From an uncultured Azospirillum sp. (GTDB taxonomy: Bacteria > Pseudomonadota > Alphaproteobacteria > Rickettsiales > UBA3002), in the NCBI GenBank assembly GCA_964652475.1, contig CAZZCK010000003.1, positions 3,503 through 59,177 of the forward strand: a stretch of DNA of 55,675 nt, read 5' to 3'. The position numbers and the translations under genes were made by a program. This document shows, piece by piece, positions 44,799 through 54,358 of this stretch (positions are counted from its first letter, which is position 1; each line of letters starts with the position of its first letter). The notes below the pieces were generated by a model. The model searched no databases, was not told the DNA's origin, and worked only from the letters and a program-made list of their open reading frames with translations.

Positions 44799-46178
44799 CT
44801 AATCCTGATCGGGTTTATAGGCCATGAAGCGCTGCATCTCGGCTTTGATGTGGTGGCGTAGCAGATAAAGCGCAATAATATTCGGTAGCGCCATACCCAG
44901 GATAAATAAATCCGATAAATCGAGCACCGTGCTGAAGGTGCTGATGCCACCGATGAAGCAGGCGAGCGTGTAGATGATGTAGTAGACCTTAATGCCGCGG
45001 CGGCCAAACAGGTGGCACCAGGCAATTTCGCCATAATAGCTCCAGCCAATGGTCGTGCCATAGGCAAAGAGTAGCACGGTGACCGCGAGCATGATCGTAA
45101 ACCACGGGCTGACCGTGGCGAATGCCTTCGCGGCGATGAGCACGCCATCATCAACCCCGGCGTTGAGATGGGCGCTCGTTACCACTACCAACAGGCCAGT
45201 CAGCAAGGCGATGAATGCAGCAAACAACGGTTCGAGCAGCGCCAATGCACCCTCTTGCGCGGGCATGGGCACTTTGGCCGCGGCATGGGCAATGGGGGCG
45301 GAGCCAAGCCCTGCCTCGTTGGCAAATAATGCGCGCTTAAATGCCAGTGCCAAGAGGGCAATCATGCCGCCTTGTGTCGCGTTTGCGGTGAATGCCTCAT
45401 GAAAAATCGACGCAATTGCTGAAGGTAGCGCCTCGCTGTTGGCGGCAATAATAACGAGTGCGCAGATGAGGTAAACAATACCTTTGAGTGGCGCCACCGC
45501 CTCGGCCACTTTGGCGATGCGGCGGATAGAGCCAAACAGCACTAGCCCCACCAATGTCGCAAAGGCACCCGCGGCTAACCACGGTTTATCGGCCAGGAAG
45601 GAAATTTCATGGGTTAGGATTTTCACCGTCTGGTTCGATTGGAACATGTTGCCACCGCCCAGTGCCCCACCGAGACATAACACTGCAAACAGCCCCGCAA
45701 GCATGCGCCCTGCCCAGGCGTGGCCAAGCTCTGTCAAGCCATCCCGTAGGTATTGGATCGGGCCGCCATAGACCTTGCCATCGGCATCGACTTTGCGATA
45801 GCGCACCGACAACGTCACTTCCGCGAACTTGCTGGCCATGCCGAAGAAGCCCATCACCATAATCCAAAAAATTACTCCCGGCCCGCCAATGGCGACGGCG
45901 ACGGATACCCCGGCAATGGAGCCAAGCCCCACGGTTGCTGAAATGGCTGAAAGCAGGGCTTGTAGCGAGCTGATTTCACCCGCCTCGCGGCTTGAGTGTT
46001 TACCCGCAGCAAGTGCCAATGCGCGGGGCAAAAGCCGCAGATTAACGCCGTTCAGGTAGATCGTAAAAAACAGCGCCGCCGCCACCAGCCACAGCACAAT
46101 GAAAGGAAACCCGCCAATAGTGAAGAATAGCACGCTCGCCAGCGTGGCACTCAGCGACGACAAAGCCTGTTCAATCAT
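44799..46178 (-). CDS. Alanine/glycine:cation symporter (AGCS family)
   Basis: 459 aa polytopic protein. Family block GGPGVIFWIMVMGFFGMASKFAE. Confidence 0.9.
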   Translation of the reverse strand: MIEQALSSLSATLASVLFFTIGGFPFIVLWLVAAALFFTIYLNGVNLRLLPRALALAAGKHSSREAGEISSLQALLSAISATVGLGSIAGVSVAVAIGGPGVIFWIMVMGFFGMASKFAEVTLSVRYRKVDADGKVYGGPIQYLRDGLTELGHAWAGRMLAGLFAVLCLGGALGGGNMFQSNQTVKILTHEISFLADKPWLAAGAFATLVGLVLFGSIRRIAKVAEAVAPLKGIVYLICALVIIAANSEALPSAIASIFHEAFTANATQGGMIALLALAFKRALFANEAGLGSAPIAHAAAKVPMPAQEGALALLEPLFAAFIALLTGLLVVVTSAHLNAGVDDGVLIAAKAFATVSPWFTIMLAVTVLLFAYGTTIGWSYYGEIAWCHLFGRRGIKVYYIIYTLACFIGGISTFSTVLDLSDLFILGMALPNIIALYLLRHHIKAEMQRFMAYKPDQD

Positions 46179-46258
46179 AGCGTTACCCTTCGGATGATGG
46201 ATCCTACGTTTTTAACGGGCTGTCATCGGTTTGTCACATAGTTCTGATAGGATGGAAA

Positions 46259-47401
46259 ATGGAGACCTGTGTTTTGAGAGAAAACAATACATTACAAGAG
46301 ACTAAACAGCATGAGCGCGAGCGTCAGCCACCGACCCTGAAACTGGCGGGGGCGGGCTATTCGCTGGGCGATCTGATGATGATGGTAGCCGGCATTGCCC
46401 GCCATGGCAGTGAGCGCGCCCTGGGTACGATTAGTGGCGGCGCGTTATGGCTCGCCGGTGGCCTTGCGGCGGCGCGCTATGGCAACCCCAGTACCGAGAA
46501 AAAACTCGCGATTCATGCATCGAAGCTGCAGGAATATTTGCAGCAACGTGGCATCAGCATTCCCGAGGATGCGCGCGCGAAATCCGATCTCTTGCAGCAT
46601 CGCAGCTTGTGGCAGAAGGTTGAGGAATATTGCTACGAGCACCCTTCCGAATTGTTGAACGCCGCCTACAGCATTGGTGCGGGCATGCTGCTGGCCGATG
46701 GGGTCAAAGAAGTGAAGCGCGGTACGGCGACGCTGTTGCCCAAAACGCTTAACCTCAAGGGCATCGAAGGCATGTCGAGTAAGCTCTGGATCGGCCTTGT
46801 GGTGATCACCGGTGCCTTGATTGGCTTGCTGGTGAAAGAAGACCCCAAAGCCAAAGAACATGCAAAAGAAGAGGGGGTCGCGGCAAAACTCTGGGCGCAG
46901 GTGAAGGAAAAGCCGCTGCGTATTTCCGGCGCGCTGTACACCGTCAATAATGCATTTCTTGGCTTGCAAGCCTGGCAGGATTACCAAAAACGCAATACCG
47001 TCTATGCGGGTAAGCAATTCAAGCCGCATTACGCATCGACGGTGCAATTAGCCTCGTATCTCATGTCGAACTTTATGCTGATGCAATCGCACCGTGACCA
47101 AATGGCGGGGGATACATTATCTGCCGAAGCACTCGAACGGCTGGAAAATGCCGCAACGCGCATTATTGCGGCGCAGCCAGCGCAGGTGCGTGAGCCATTG
47201 CTCGAGGATATTGCTCACCAGCTTGCGTCACAAAAAGGCATGGGTGTCGATGCCCATACGCTCAAAGCACAATTGAAACAAAAGCTCGCGGCCGTCGAGC
47301 ATCATCCGGTGCAGCAAGCGCCGCGCCCAAGCTTTACTGAAACCCTGCATGCTGCGCGCGAAGCGGCATCCATAACCGCGGATACACATCGCGTCCTCTA
47401 G
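46259..47401 (+). CDS. Hypothetical membrane-associated protein (380 aa ORFan)
   Basis: AGGA lies 7-8 nt upstream of the ATG. Several hydrophobic segments (LMMMVAGIA, LWIGLVVITGALIGLLV). No recognised family. Confidence 0.55.
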   Translation: METCVLRENNTLQETKQHERERQPPTLKLAGAGYSLGDLMMMVAGIARHGSERALGTISGGALWLAGGLAAARYGNPSTEKKLAIHASKLQEYLQQRGISIPEDARAKSDLLQHRSLWQKVEEYCYEHPSELLNAAYSIGAGMLLADGVKEVKRGTATLLPKTLNLKGIEGMSSKLWIGLVVITGALIGLLVKEDPKAKEHAKEEGVAAKLWAQVKEKPLRISGALYTVNNAFLGLQAWQDYQKRNTVYAGKQFKPHYASTVQLASYLMSNFMLMQSHRDQMAGDTLSAEALERLENAATRIIAAQPAQVREPLLEDIAHQLASQKGMGVDAHTLKAQLKQKLAAVEHHPVQQAPRPSFTETLHAAREAASITADTHRVL

Positions 47402-47438
47402 CCTTGCTCGCCATACGCATTGCGCTATACTGCGCATC

Positions 47439-50400
47439 ATGCATTCGAGTGACCCCCAACTTATAGCCATCAGCCAGCACGCCTTCGATGAGGAATGCGA
47501 GGTCGTCCGCGCGCAGGTGGCGGCCCTTGCGCACATGGCGGCACTCGAGCCGGAAATACTGGCGCAAGCCGAGTCGTGGGTGAAGCATATTCGCGCGCAA
47601 GGCCCCGGGCATGGGATGGAAGCGTTCCTGCAAACCTATGGCCTCGACACGCGTGAAGGGGTGGCACTCATGTGCCTTGCCGAAGCGCTCCTGCGCATTC
47701 CGGATAGTGTGACGGCCAATCGCCTCATCCACGATACGTTTGTGGGCAAGGATTGGCGGCAGCATCTTGCGGGCAACGAGTCATGGCAGGTGGCCGTATC
47801 AAGCTGGGGGTTGCTGCTCACCGGCAAGGTGATGGATGTGAGCGATGACGCGCACGGCCTGGGTGGCAAGCTGCGCCAGATGGTAGCACGCATGGGCGAG
47901 CCCGTGGTGCGCGAGGCGCTCAAGCAGGCCATGCGGGTGATTGGTGGCCAGTTTGTGCTCGGTGAAACGATTGCGGATGGGTTGCGCCATGCGGCACCCT
48001 GGGCCAGCAAAGGGTTTCGTTTTTCGTTCGATATTTTGGGCGAGGGCGCGCGCAGCGAAGCGCAGGCACAGGCGTATCTTTCAGCCTATCGCCATGCGAT
48101 TGCGCAAGTCGGCGCGAGTGCTAACGGCCAGTCGCTTTTTGCGGCACCCAGTATTTCGGTTAAGCTTTCGGCGCTACACCCGCGCTATAGCCTCAGTCAG
48201 CGCGAACGGGTAATGTTTGAGTTGCTACCGCGCTTGAAGGAAATTCTGCTGCTCGCCAAGGCGCAGGGTATCACCGTTTCGATCGATGCCGAAGAGGCGA
48301 ACCGGCTGGATATTGGCCTTGAGGTATTTACGGCGATGATGCACGACCCGGATTTTGCGGGGTGGGATGGGATTGGCTATGTGCTGCAAGCCTACCAGAA
48401 ACGCGCACCGTATGTGATCGATTACTTGAGCCAACTCGCGGCCGCGCAGCAGCGCAAAATTCCGCTGCGTTTGGTGAAAGGTGCCTATTGGGATTCGGAA
48501 ATCAAACACGCGCAAGTGATGGGTCTGCCAGGCTATCCCGTGTTTACCCGTAAGGAGCATACCGATCTTTCCTATCTTGCCTGCGCCGATCGTTTACTGC
48601 AGCGCGCAGCGCATTTTTATCCGCAATTCGCGACGCATAACGCGCGCACCATTGCGAGCATTCAGGTGTTAGCCGAGCAGTATCAATTACCGAGCGACGC
48701 CTATGAATTCCAGCGTTTGCACGGTATGGGCGAGGCATTGCACGCACAAGTGCTCACCACCCATGCCTCACGGATTTATGCGCCCATTGGCGAGCATAAA
48801 GACCTGCTCGCTTACCTCATTCGTCGTTTGCTCGAGAATGGTGCCAATAGCTCCTTCGTGCATTTGTTGATGGATGAGGACGTGCCGCTTTCCGAGCTAC
48901 TCGCAAACCCTATCGCCGTCAGTGAGCAAGGGCTAAGCCGCCCCCTTGCTTTGCCGTTGCCACACGCGCTTTATGGTGACCGCGTGAATTCGACCGGAAT
49001 CGATTTGGGCTACCGGTTCATGCGTCAGCAAATAGAGGCATGCTTGGCGGCGCGCGTGCCGCTTGCAGCAGCGCCAGCCGACCATACGCCCACTGACATA
49101 GACGCCATGGTTGCGCGCGGCATCGTGGCCTTTGTTGCCTGGGGGAATAGGACGGTTGAGGCGCGCGCTACTATTCTAGAAGAAATTGCGGCGCGTTTTG
49201 ATGCAAGCCGTGATGAATTGCTGCGCCTACTGGTGCAAGAGGCCGGAAAAACCGTACCCGATGCGATCGCCGAAATACGCGAGGCAATTGATTTTTGCCG
49301 CTATTATGCCATAGAGGCGCGGCGCGTGATGCAGGTAGAAACCTTGCGCGGCCCAACGGGCGAGAGCAACCAGCTGCATCTTACCCCGCGCGGGGTGTTT
49401 GGCTGCATCAGCCCCTGGAATTTTCCGTTGGCGATTTTTACCGGCCAGGTGGTTGCCGCCTTGGTGACCGGTAATGGCGTGATTGCCAAACCAGCCGAAC
49501 AAACACCACGCATCGCGGCCTATGCCACCGCGCTGATGCATAGAGCAGGGGTTCCGACAGATGTGCTGCAACTGGCGTTTGGTGCCGGAGAAATCGTGGG
49601 TGCGGCGATCACCGCACATCCGCAGATGGCGGGCATTGTCTTCACCGGCTCGGTCGCGGTGGCGCAGATGATCAACCGCACGCTCGCTCAGCGCAGCGGG
49701 CCGATCGTGCCACTGATTGCGGAAACCGGTGGTCTCAATTGCATGGTGATCGATAGCTCGGCATTGCTTGAAGCTGCGGTCGATGATGTGGTGCAATCGG
49801 CCTTTGGTAGTGCGGGGCAGCGCTGCTCGGCCTTGCGCGTGCTTTATATACAAGAAGAAATCGCCGATGATTTTATTGCGCTGCTGCGTGGGGCAATCGC
49901 GGAGCTAACACTCGGCGACCCCGCGCATATCGACACCGATATTGGCCCCGTGATTGATCGAGATGCGAAACAAATGCTGCACGACCATATTGCACAAATG
50001 GCGGCGCATGCTGCAGCAATTACTGCAGCATCCGGCGCTATGGAAGGTTTATTGGTCAGCCCTCATGTGTTCGAGATTCCAAGCATGGCAGCATTATCGC
50101 ACGAGGTGTTTGGTCCGGTGCTGCATCTTATTCGCTTCAAGGCAGATGCCATGCCGCAGGTGGTGGATGCAATCAACAATACAGGGTATGGATTAACGTT
50201 TGGCATGCATAGCCGCATCGAGCGCAACATTCAGTTTTTTCTGCGCAGCATTCGCGTGGGTAATAGCTACATCAACCGCAGCATGATCGGTGCGGTGGTT
50301 GGCGTACAACCGTTCGGCGGCGAGGGGCTTTCGGGCACGGGACCCAAAGCGGGCGGGCCGCATTACCTCACCAAATTCCTTACCGAGCGCGCCGTGACCA

Positions 50401-50453
50401 TCAACGTAGCGGCGATTGGTGGCAATGTGGCACTCTTGAGTGGCAGCATATAG
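47439..50453 (+). CDS. putA: Bifunctional proline dehydrogenase / L-glutamate-gamma-semialdehyde dehydrogenase
   Basis: 1004 aa. PRODH barrel followed by ALDH domain (FTGS, ETGGLN, catalytic GQRCSA). No N-terminal RHH DNA-binding domain. Confidence 0.93.
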   Translation: MHSSDPQLIAISQHAFDEECEVVRAQVAALAHMAALEPEILAQAESWVKHIRAQGPGHGMEAFLQTYGLDTREGVALMCLAEALLRIPDSVTANRLIHDTFVGKDWRQHLAGNESWQVAVSSWGLLLTGKVMDVSDDAHGLGGKLRQMVARMGEPVVREALKQAMRVIGGQFVLGETIADGLRHAAPWASKGFRFSFDILGEGARSEAQAQAYLSAYRHAIAQVGASANGQSLFAAPSISVKLSALHPRYSLSQRERVMFELLPRLKEILLLAKAQGITVSIDAEEANRLDIGLEVFTAMMHDPDFAGWDGIGYVLQAYQKRAPYVIDYLSQLAAAQQRKIPLRLVKGAYWDSEIKHAQVMGLPGYPVFTRKEHTDLSYLACADRLLQRAAHFYPQFATHNARTIASIQVLAEQYQLPSDAYEFQRLHGMGEALHAQVLTTHASRIYAPIGEHKDLLAYLIRRLLENGANSSFVHLLMDEDVPLSELLANPIAVSEQGLSRPLALPLPHALYGDRVNSTGIDLGYRFMRQQIEACLAARVPLAAAPADHTPTDIDAMVARGIVAFVAWGNRTVEARATILEEIAARFDASRDELLRLLVQEAGKTVPDAIAEIREAIDFCRYYAIEARRVMQVETLRGPTGESNQLHLTPRGVFGCISPWNFPLAIFTGQVVAALVTGNGVIAKPAEQTPRIAAYATALMHRAGVPTDVLQLAFGAGEIVGAAITAHPQMAGIVFTGSVAVAQMINRTLAQRSGPIVPLIAETGGLNCMVIDSSALLEAAVDDVVQSAFGSAGQRCSALRVLYIQEEIADDFIALLRGAIAELTLGDPAHIDTDIGPVIDRDAKQMLHDHIAQMAAHAAAITAASGAMEGLLVSPHVFEIPSMAALSHEVFGPVLHLIRFKADAMPQVVDAINNTGYGLTFGMHSRIERNIQFFLRSIRVGNSYINRSMIGAVVGVQPFGGEGLSGTGPKAGGPHYLTKFLTERAVTINVAAIGGNVALLSGSI

Positions 50454-50490
50454 AAATTGTCTTAAAGCTGGCTATGTGTCATCGCTGGCG

Positions 50491-51564
50491 TCAGCAGCGT
50501 TGGCTTTTTAATTCACTATCGCCGCTACTGATCAACGCATTGGCAATTTTTTTCAAAGGCAATTGTAAGGTCACTGCGCCCAGCGCCATGGCTTCTTTGG
50601 GCATACCATAAATCACGCTGGTGGATTGATTCTGTCCGATCGTCAACGCTTCGTGCTGACGCATGGCCAGAAGTCCTGCCGCACCGTCACGGCCCATGCC
50701 GGTAAGGATCACGCCAATGGCGGGTTTTCCGACAGTTTCGGCCACGGAGCGAAACAACAGATCGACCGAGGGTTTATGGCCTGAAACCTTTTCACCGTCG
50801 GTAAGCAGGCAGTGCAGTTTGCGATCGATACGATGCACCATGAGATGACGACTGCCCGGAGCAACATACGCATGGCCTGGCAGAATGGGCATATCGTTTT
50901 CTGCCTGGCAGACACGGATGGGGCCAAGGCTATCAAGCCGCGCGGCGAAGGAAGCGGTGAACATGGCCGGCATATGCTGCGTGATGACAATCGGTGGCAT
51001 GTCAGAAGGCAGTTCGGAGAAAATATGGCATAGGGTTTCCACCCCGCCAGTCGATGCACCGATCGCAATAATTTGCGTGCTCGATGTATTGGCACGAGCG
51101 GCAGTGTAGGTGGGGGCGGGTAATTGATGCTCGCCGTCTAAGGATGCGCGACGCTGTGGGTTGGCCCGTGCCGCCACACGAATTTTTTCGGCGAGCTCGG
51201 CGATGAAATCGGCGCGCACATCCCGTAATTTATTGGCAAACGGTTTGCCGATATAATCGACCGCCCCAAGCTCGAGCGCCCGCAAGGTGGGCGCGGCACC
51301 TTCATGCGTCAGCCGCGAGATCATGATCACCGGCATCGGGCGCAAGGTCATAATTTTTTCTAGAAATTCGAGCCCGTTCATGCCCGGCATATCGATATCG
51401 AGCGTCAGTACGTCCGGGTTATATTGTTTGATTTTATCGCGTGCTTCAAACGGGTCGGCTGCCGTCGCCACGACCTGAATATCGGACAGCTCATTGAGCG
51501 ATTCGCTAATGATACGACGAATCACGGAGGAGTCGTCCACGACGAGTACTGTTATCACACGCAT
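50491..51564 (-). CDS. cheB: Chemotaxis response regulator protein-glutamate methylesterase CheB
   Basis: Receiver (VLVVDDSSVIRR...LTLDIDMP) plus methylesterase (IAIGASTGG, GMGRDGA). An alternative upstream ATG is at 51579. Confidence 0.92.
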   Translation of the reverse strand: MRVITVLVVDDSSVIRRIISESLNELSDIQVVATAADPFEARDKIKQYNPDVLTLDIDMPGMNGLEFLEKIMTLRPMPVIMISRLTHEGAAPTLRALELGAVDYIGKPFANKLRDVRADFIAELAEKIRVAARANPQRRASLDGEHQLPAPTYTAARANTSSTQIIAIGASTGGVETLCHIFSELPSDMPPIVITQHMPAMFTASFAARLDSLGPIRVCQAENDMPILPGHAYVAPGSRHLMVHRIDRKLHCLLTDGEKVSGHKPSVDLLFRSVAETVGKPAIGVILTGMGRDGAAGLLAMRQHEALTIGQNQSTSVIYGMPKEAMALGAVTLQLPLKKIANALISSGDSELKSQRC

Positions 51565-51750
51565 GAGTCTATGTGGCATAATCCACGGATATTATCAACA
51601 ATTTTAAGTTGAGCATTGTTGAATAGTTCAAACTATCGTAATAAAACCACAACGCGAGTAATTATTCGGTCATAGTAGAAATATTGCAATTAAATGAGTG
51701 ACAGATTAATAAATTTTCATCTACAGGTTGTTTTTATAAGGTGGGGCGGC

Positions 51751-51769
51751 TATCAACTTCAAGTTGATA
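51751..51769. promoter_or_regulatory. 19-bp palindrome TATCAACTTCAAGTTGATA upstream of cheY
   Basis: Perfect 9-bp arms around a central C, 34 nt upstream of the cheY ATG in an AT-rich 223-bp divergent intergenic region. Confidence 0.4.
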
Positions 51770-51802
51770 TTTGGATGAATCATCAGAAGTGACGGATCTC
51801 TT

Positions 51803-52174
51803 ATGAGTAAGCGCATTTTAGCAGTCGATGATTCAGCAACCATGCGTGAAATGATTGCGTTTACGTTACATCATGCTGGGTACGACGTGACGAAAGCCGA
51901 GAATGGGCAAGCCGCTCTCGACGTGCTGGCTACTTCCGCGCAGTTCGATTTAATTATCACCGATATTAACATGCCGCAGATGGATGGCTATGGCTTGCTC
52001 GAGCGCGTACGCAGTAGCGCGCTGCCGTATAGCAAAGTTCCGGTGCTGATCCTCACCACCGAAGTGAGCCAGGAGCGTAAAGAGCGCGGTAAGGCGCTGG
52101 GCGCAACCGGGTGGATCAGCAAGCCATTTAGTCCACAAAAGCTGACCGAAATTGTTGCCAAAGTGTGCGGGTGA
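51803..52174 (+). CDS. cheY: Chemotaxis response regulator CheY
   Basis: 123-aa single receiver domain (ILAVDDSATMREM, DLIITDINMPQMDG, KPF). Confidence 0.9.
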   Translation: MSKRILAVDDSATMREMIAFTLHHAGYDVTKAENGQAALDVLATSAQFDLIITDINMPQMDGYGLLERVRSSALPYSKVPVLILTTEVSQERKERGKALGATGWISKPFSPQKLTEIVAKVCG

Positions 52175-52183
52175 GGCCCTGTC

Positions 52184-53842
52184 ATGGAGTCAATGGATGA
52201 TATTCGCGACCTGTTCTTCACCGAGTGTGCAGAGCTGCTCGCGGATATGGAATCGCGGCTTTTGACACTGGATCCCGCGGTCGCCGATAATGAACAATTA
52301 GGTGCGATTTTTCGTGCGGCGCACTCGATCAAAGGGGGTGCGGGCGCTTTTGGCTTGATGGTGATTGCAAGCCTGACGCATGCCCAGGAAGCACTGTTGG
52401 ATCGGATGCGTGAAGGTGCCCTGAGTCCGACGCGCGAGGTCGTGGATGCATTGCTGGTTTCCACCGATATGGTCACCAAAATGCTCGCGGCGGAAAAAAC
52501 AGGCGCACCGCTGCCCGAGGATTTTTCGTCGTCGATGGTGGCCAAGTTGAAGCAGCTCGCCGGCAACAGTAATAGCGATGCGCCGCCTCCACCGATCATG
52601 CCATCGACGGTGGCTACACCCGAAGGTGCTACGGCCAAAGCTTCGGCGCCGGTCAGTTCCATTCGGGTCGACTTAGAGAAAATAGACCGTCTGGTGAATA
52701 TGATTGGTGAACTTGTCATCACCGAAGCGATGCTGCGTGCACAGGCGCGCGATTTACCAAACGATCGATTTGCAGGGCTTCTGCGCGGGATCGACGAGCT
52801 TTCGCACCACACGCGTGAGCTACAAGAAGCAGTGATGGCGGTGCGCATGCAGCCAGTGAAATCCATCTTCTCGCGGATGCCGCGCATTGTGCGCGATGCC
52901 GCAGCTCAGCTTGGTAAGGATATTCAGCTGGTGATGTCGGGTGAACAAACGGAAGTCGATAAAACCGTCATCGAATCGTTGGCGGATCCGCTCACTCATA
53001 TGATCCGCAACTCCGTGGATCATGGGATCGAGACCCCCGATCAACGGGTGTGGAACGATAAGGCAGCGCAAGGCACCATCCATCTTTCGGCGTTTCATCG
53101 CTCGGGGCGCATCATCATCGAAATTTCCGACGATGGCGCAGGTATCAACCGTGCGCGCGTGCTTGCGAAAGCGCGTGAGAAAAACTTGGTCGCTGCCGAT
53201 GCCGTACTCAGCGACGAAGAAATCGACCACTTAATCTTCCTGCCCGGATTTTCAACCGCCGAGACGGTCACTAATCTCTCTGGTCGCGGGGTGGGGATGG
53301 ATGTAGTGCGCCGCAATATCGAGGGTTTGGGCGGCACGGTTCGCCTACAGAACATGCCGGAAAAAGGCTCTATCTTTACGGTGTCGTTACCGCTGACGCT
53401 AGCCATTCTTGATGGGATGATTGTGCGTGTTGGCCAGGAAAATTACATCATCCCGATCACCAGCATCATTGAGACATTGCGGCCAAAGCTTGTCGAAATG
53501 CACGCGGTAGAAGGCCGTAGCGATGTCATCAATGTGCGTGGCGAGTTTGTGCCGCTGCTCTACTTGCACCGAGTATTCAACATCTCAGGTGCCACCGCAC
53601 GCGCCGATCAGGCCTTGGTCGTGCTGGTCGAGCATGGTGCGGGCAAAGTCGGTATGGTGGTGGATGAGCTGATCGGCCAGCAGCAAATCGTCATCAAATC
53701 CATCGAGGCGAATACGGATCCGATTCCGGGCATCTCTGGGGCTACCATTCTTGGTGACGGCAAAGTGTCACTGATTCTTGAGATTAACGATATTTGCAAA
53801 TTGGCCGAGCATCAGCCGATGCCATTCGCGTTGGCAGCGTGA
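52184..53842 (+). CDS. cheA: Chemotaxis histidine kinase CheA (short form without a recognisable P2 domain)
   Basis: Hpt AAHSIKGGAG, dimerisation/HATPase (DDGAGI, GRGVGMDVV), C-terminal CheW-like domain. Confidence 0.92.
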   Translation: MESMDDIRDLFFTECAELLADMESRLLTLDPAVADNEQLGAIFRAAHSIKGGAGAFGLMVIASLTHAQEALLDRMREGALSPTREVVDALLVSTDMVTKMLAAEKTGAPLPEDFSSSMVAKLKQLAGNSNSDAPPPPIMPSTVATPEGATAKASAPVSSIRVDLEKIDRLVNMIGELVITEAMLRAQARDLPNDRFAGLLRGIDELSHHTRELQEAVMAVRMQPVKSIFSRMPRIVRDAAAQLGKDIQLVMSGEQTEVDKTVIESLADPLTHMIRNSVDHGIETPDQRVWNDKAAQGTIHLSAFHRSGRIIIEISDDGAGINRARVLAKAREKNLVAADAVLSDEEIDHLIFLPGFSTAETVTNLSGRGVGMDVVRRNIEGLGGTVRLQNMPEKGSIFTVSLPLTLAILDGMIVRVGQENYIIPITSIIETLRPKLVEMHAVEGRSDVINVRGEFVPLLYLHRVFNISGATARADQALVVLVEHGAGKVGMVVDELIGQQQIVIKSIEANTDPIPGISGATILGDGKVSLILEINDICKLAEHQPMPFALAA

Positions 53843-53851
53843 GGAGCAATC

Positions 53852-54331
53852 ATGAGTGAGGCAGCACCAATGATCGCCCAGCAATACCTCACCTTCACGG
53901 TGATGGGTGAGGAGTATGGCGTCGATATCATGACCGTGCGCGAGATTAAAGGGTGGACGGAATCGACACGGCTACCGAATGCACCCGAATGCCAGCGCGG
54001 CGTGATGAATTTGCGTGGCACCATCATTCCGATCTTTGATTTGCGCGCGCGCTTTGGCCATGGCCTCACCGAGGCAGATGCGAAGCATGTGGTGATTATC
54101 TTGGCGGTAGGCAGTCGCATTATCGGCGTTTTGGTCGATGCGGTATCGGACATCCTGACCGTCAGCAGCGACGATGTAAAACCAGCCCCCGCGATGCAGT
54201 CAGGCGAGCAGGGCGATTACATCAGCGGCCTAATTTCACTCGAGGAGCGCATGGTGGTGCTGCTCGATATTGAACCGCTTTTTAACCAGGAACTGAAAGT
54301 AACCAGCGATGCCACGGCGGATGCCGCGTAA
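53852..54331 (+). CDS. cheW: Chemotaxis coupling protein CheW
   Basis: 159 aa with typical CheW sequence (YLTFTVMGEEYGVDIMTVREI, GVMNLRGTIIPIFDLR). Confidence 0.92.
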   Translation: MSEAAPMIAQQYLTFTVMGEEYGVDIMTVREIKGWTESTRLPNAPECQRGVMNLRGTIIPIFDLRARFGHGLTEADAKHVVIILAVGSRIIGVLVDAVSDILTVSSDDVKPAPAMQSGEQGDYISGLISLEERMVVLLDIEPLFNQELKVTSDATADAA

Positions 54332-54358
54332 CGAACATTCTTAGAAGGGGATTGCTTC

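Noticed and set aside
46179-46258. Glycine riboswitch upstream of the AGCS alanine/glycine symporter.
   Set aside because: Only a short CCGAAGGG-like match to the conserved core was seen. The 80-nt leader is too short for even one full aptamer, and the other conserved segments are not evident.
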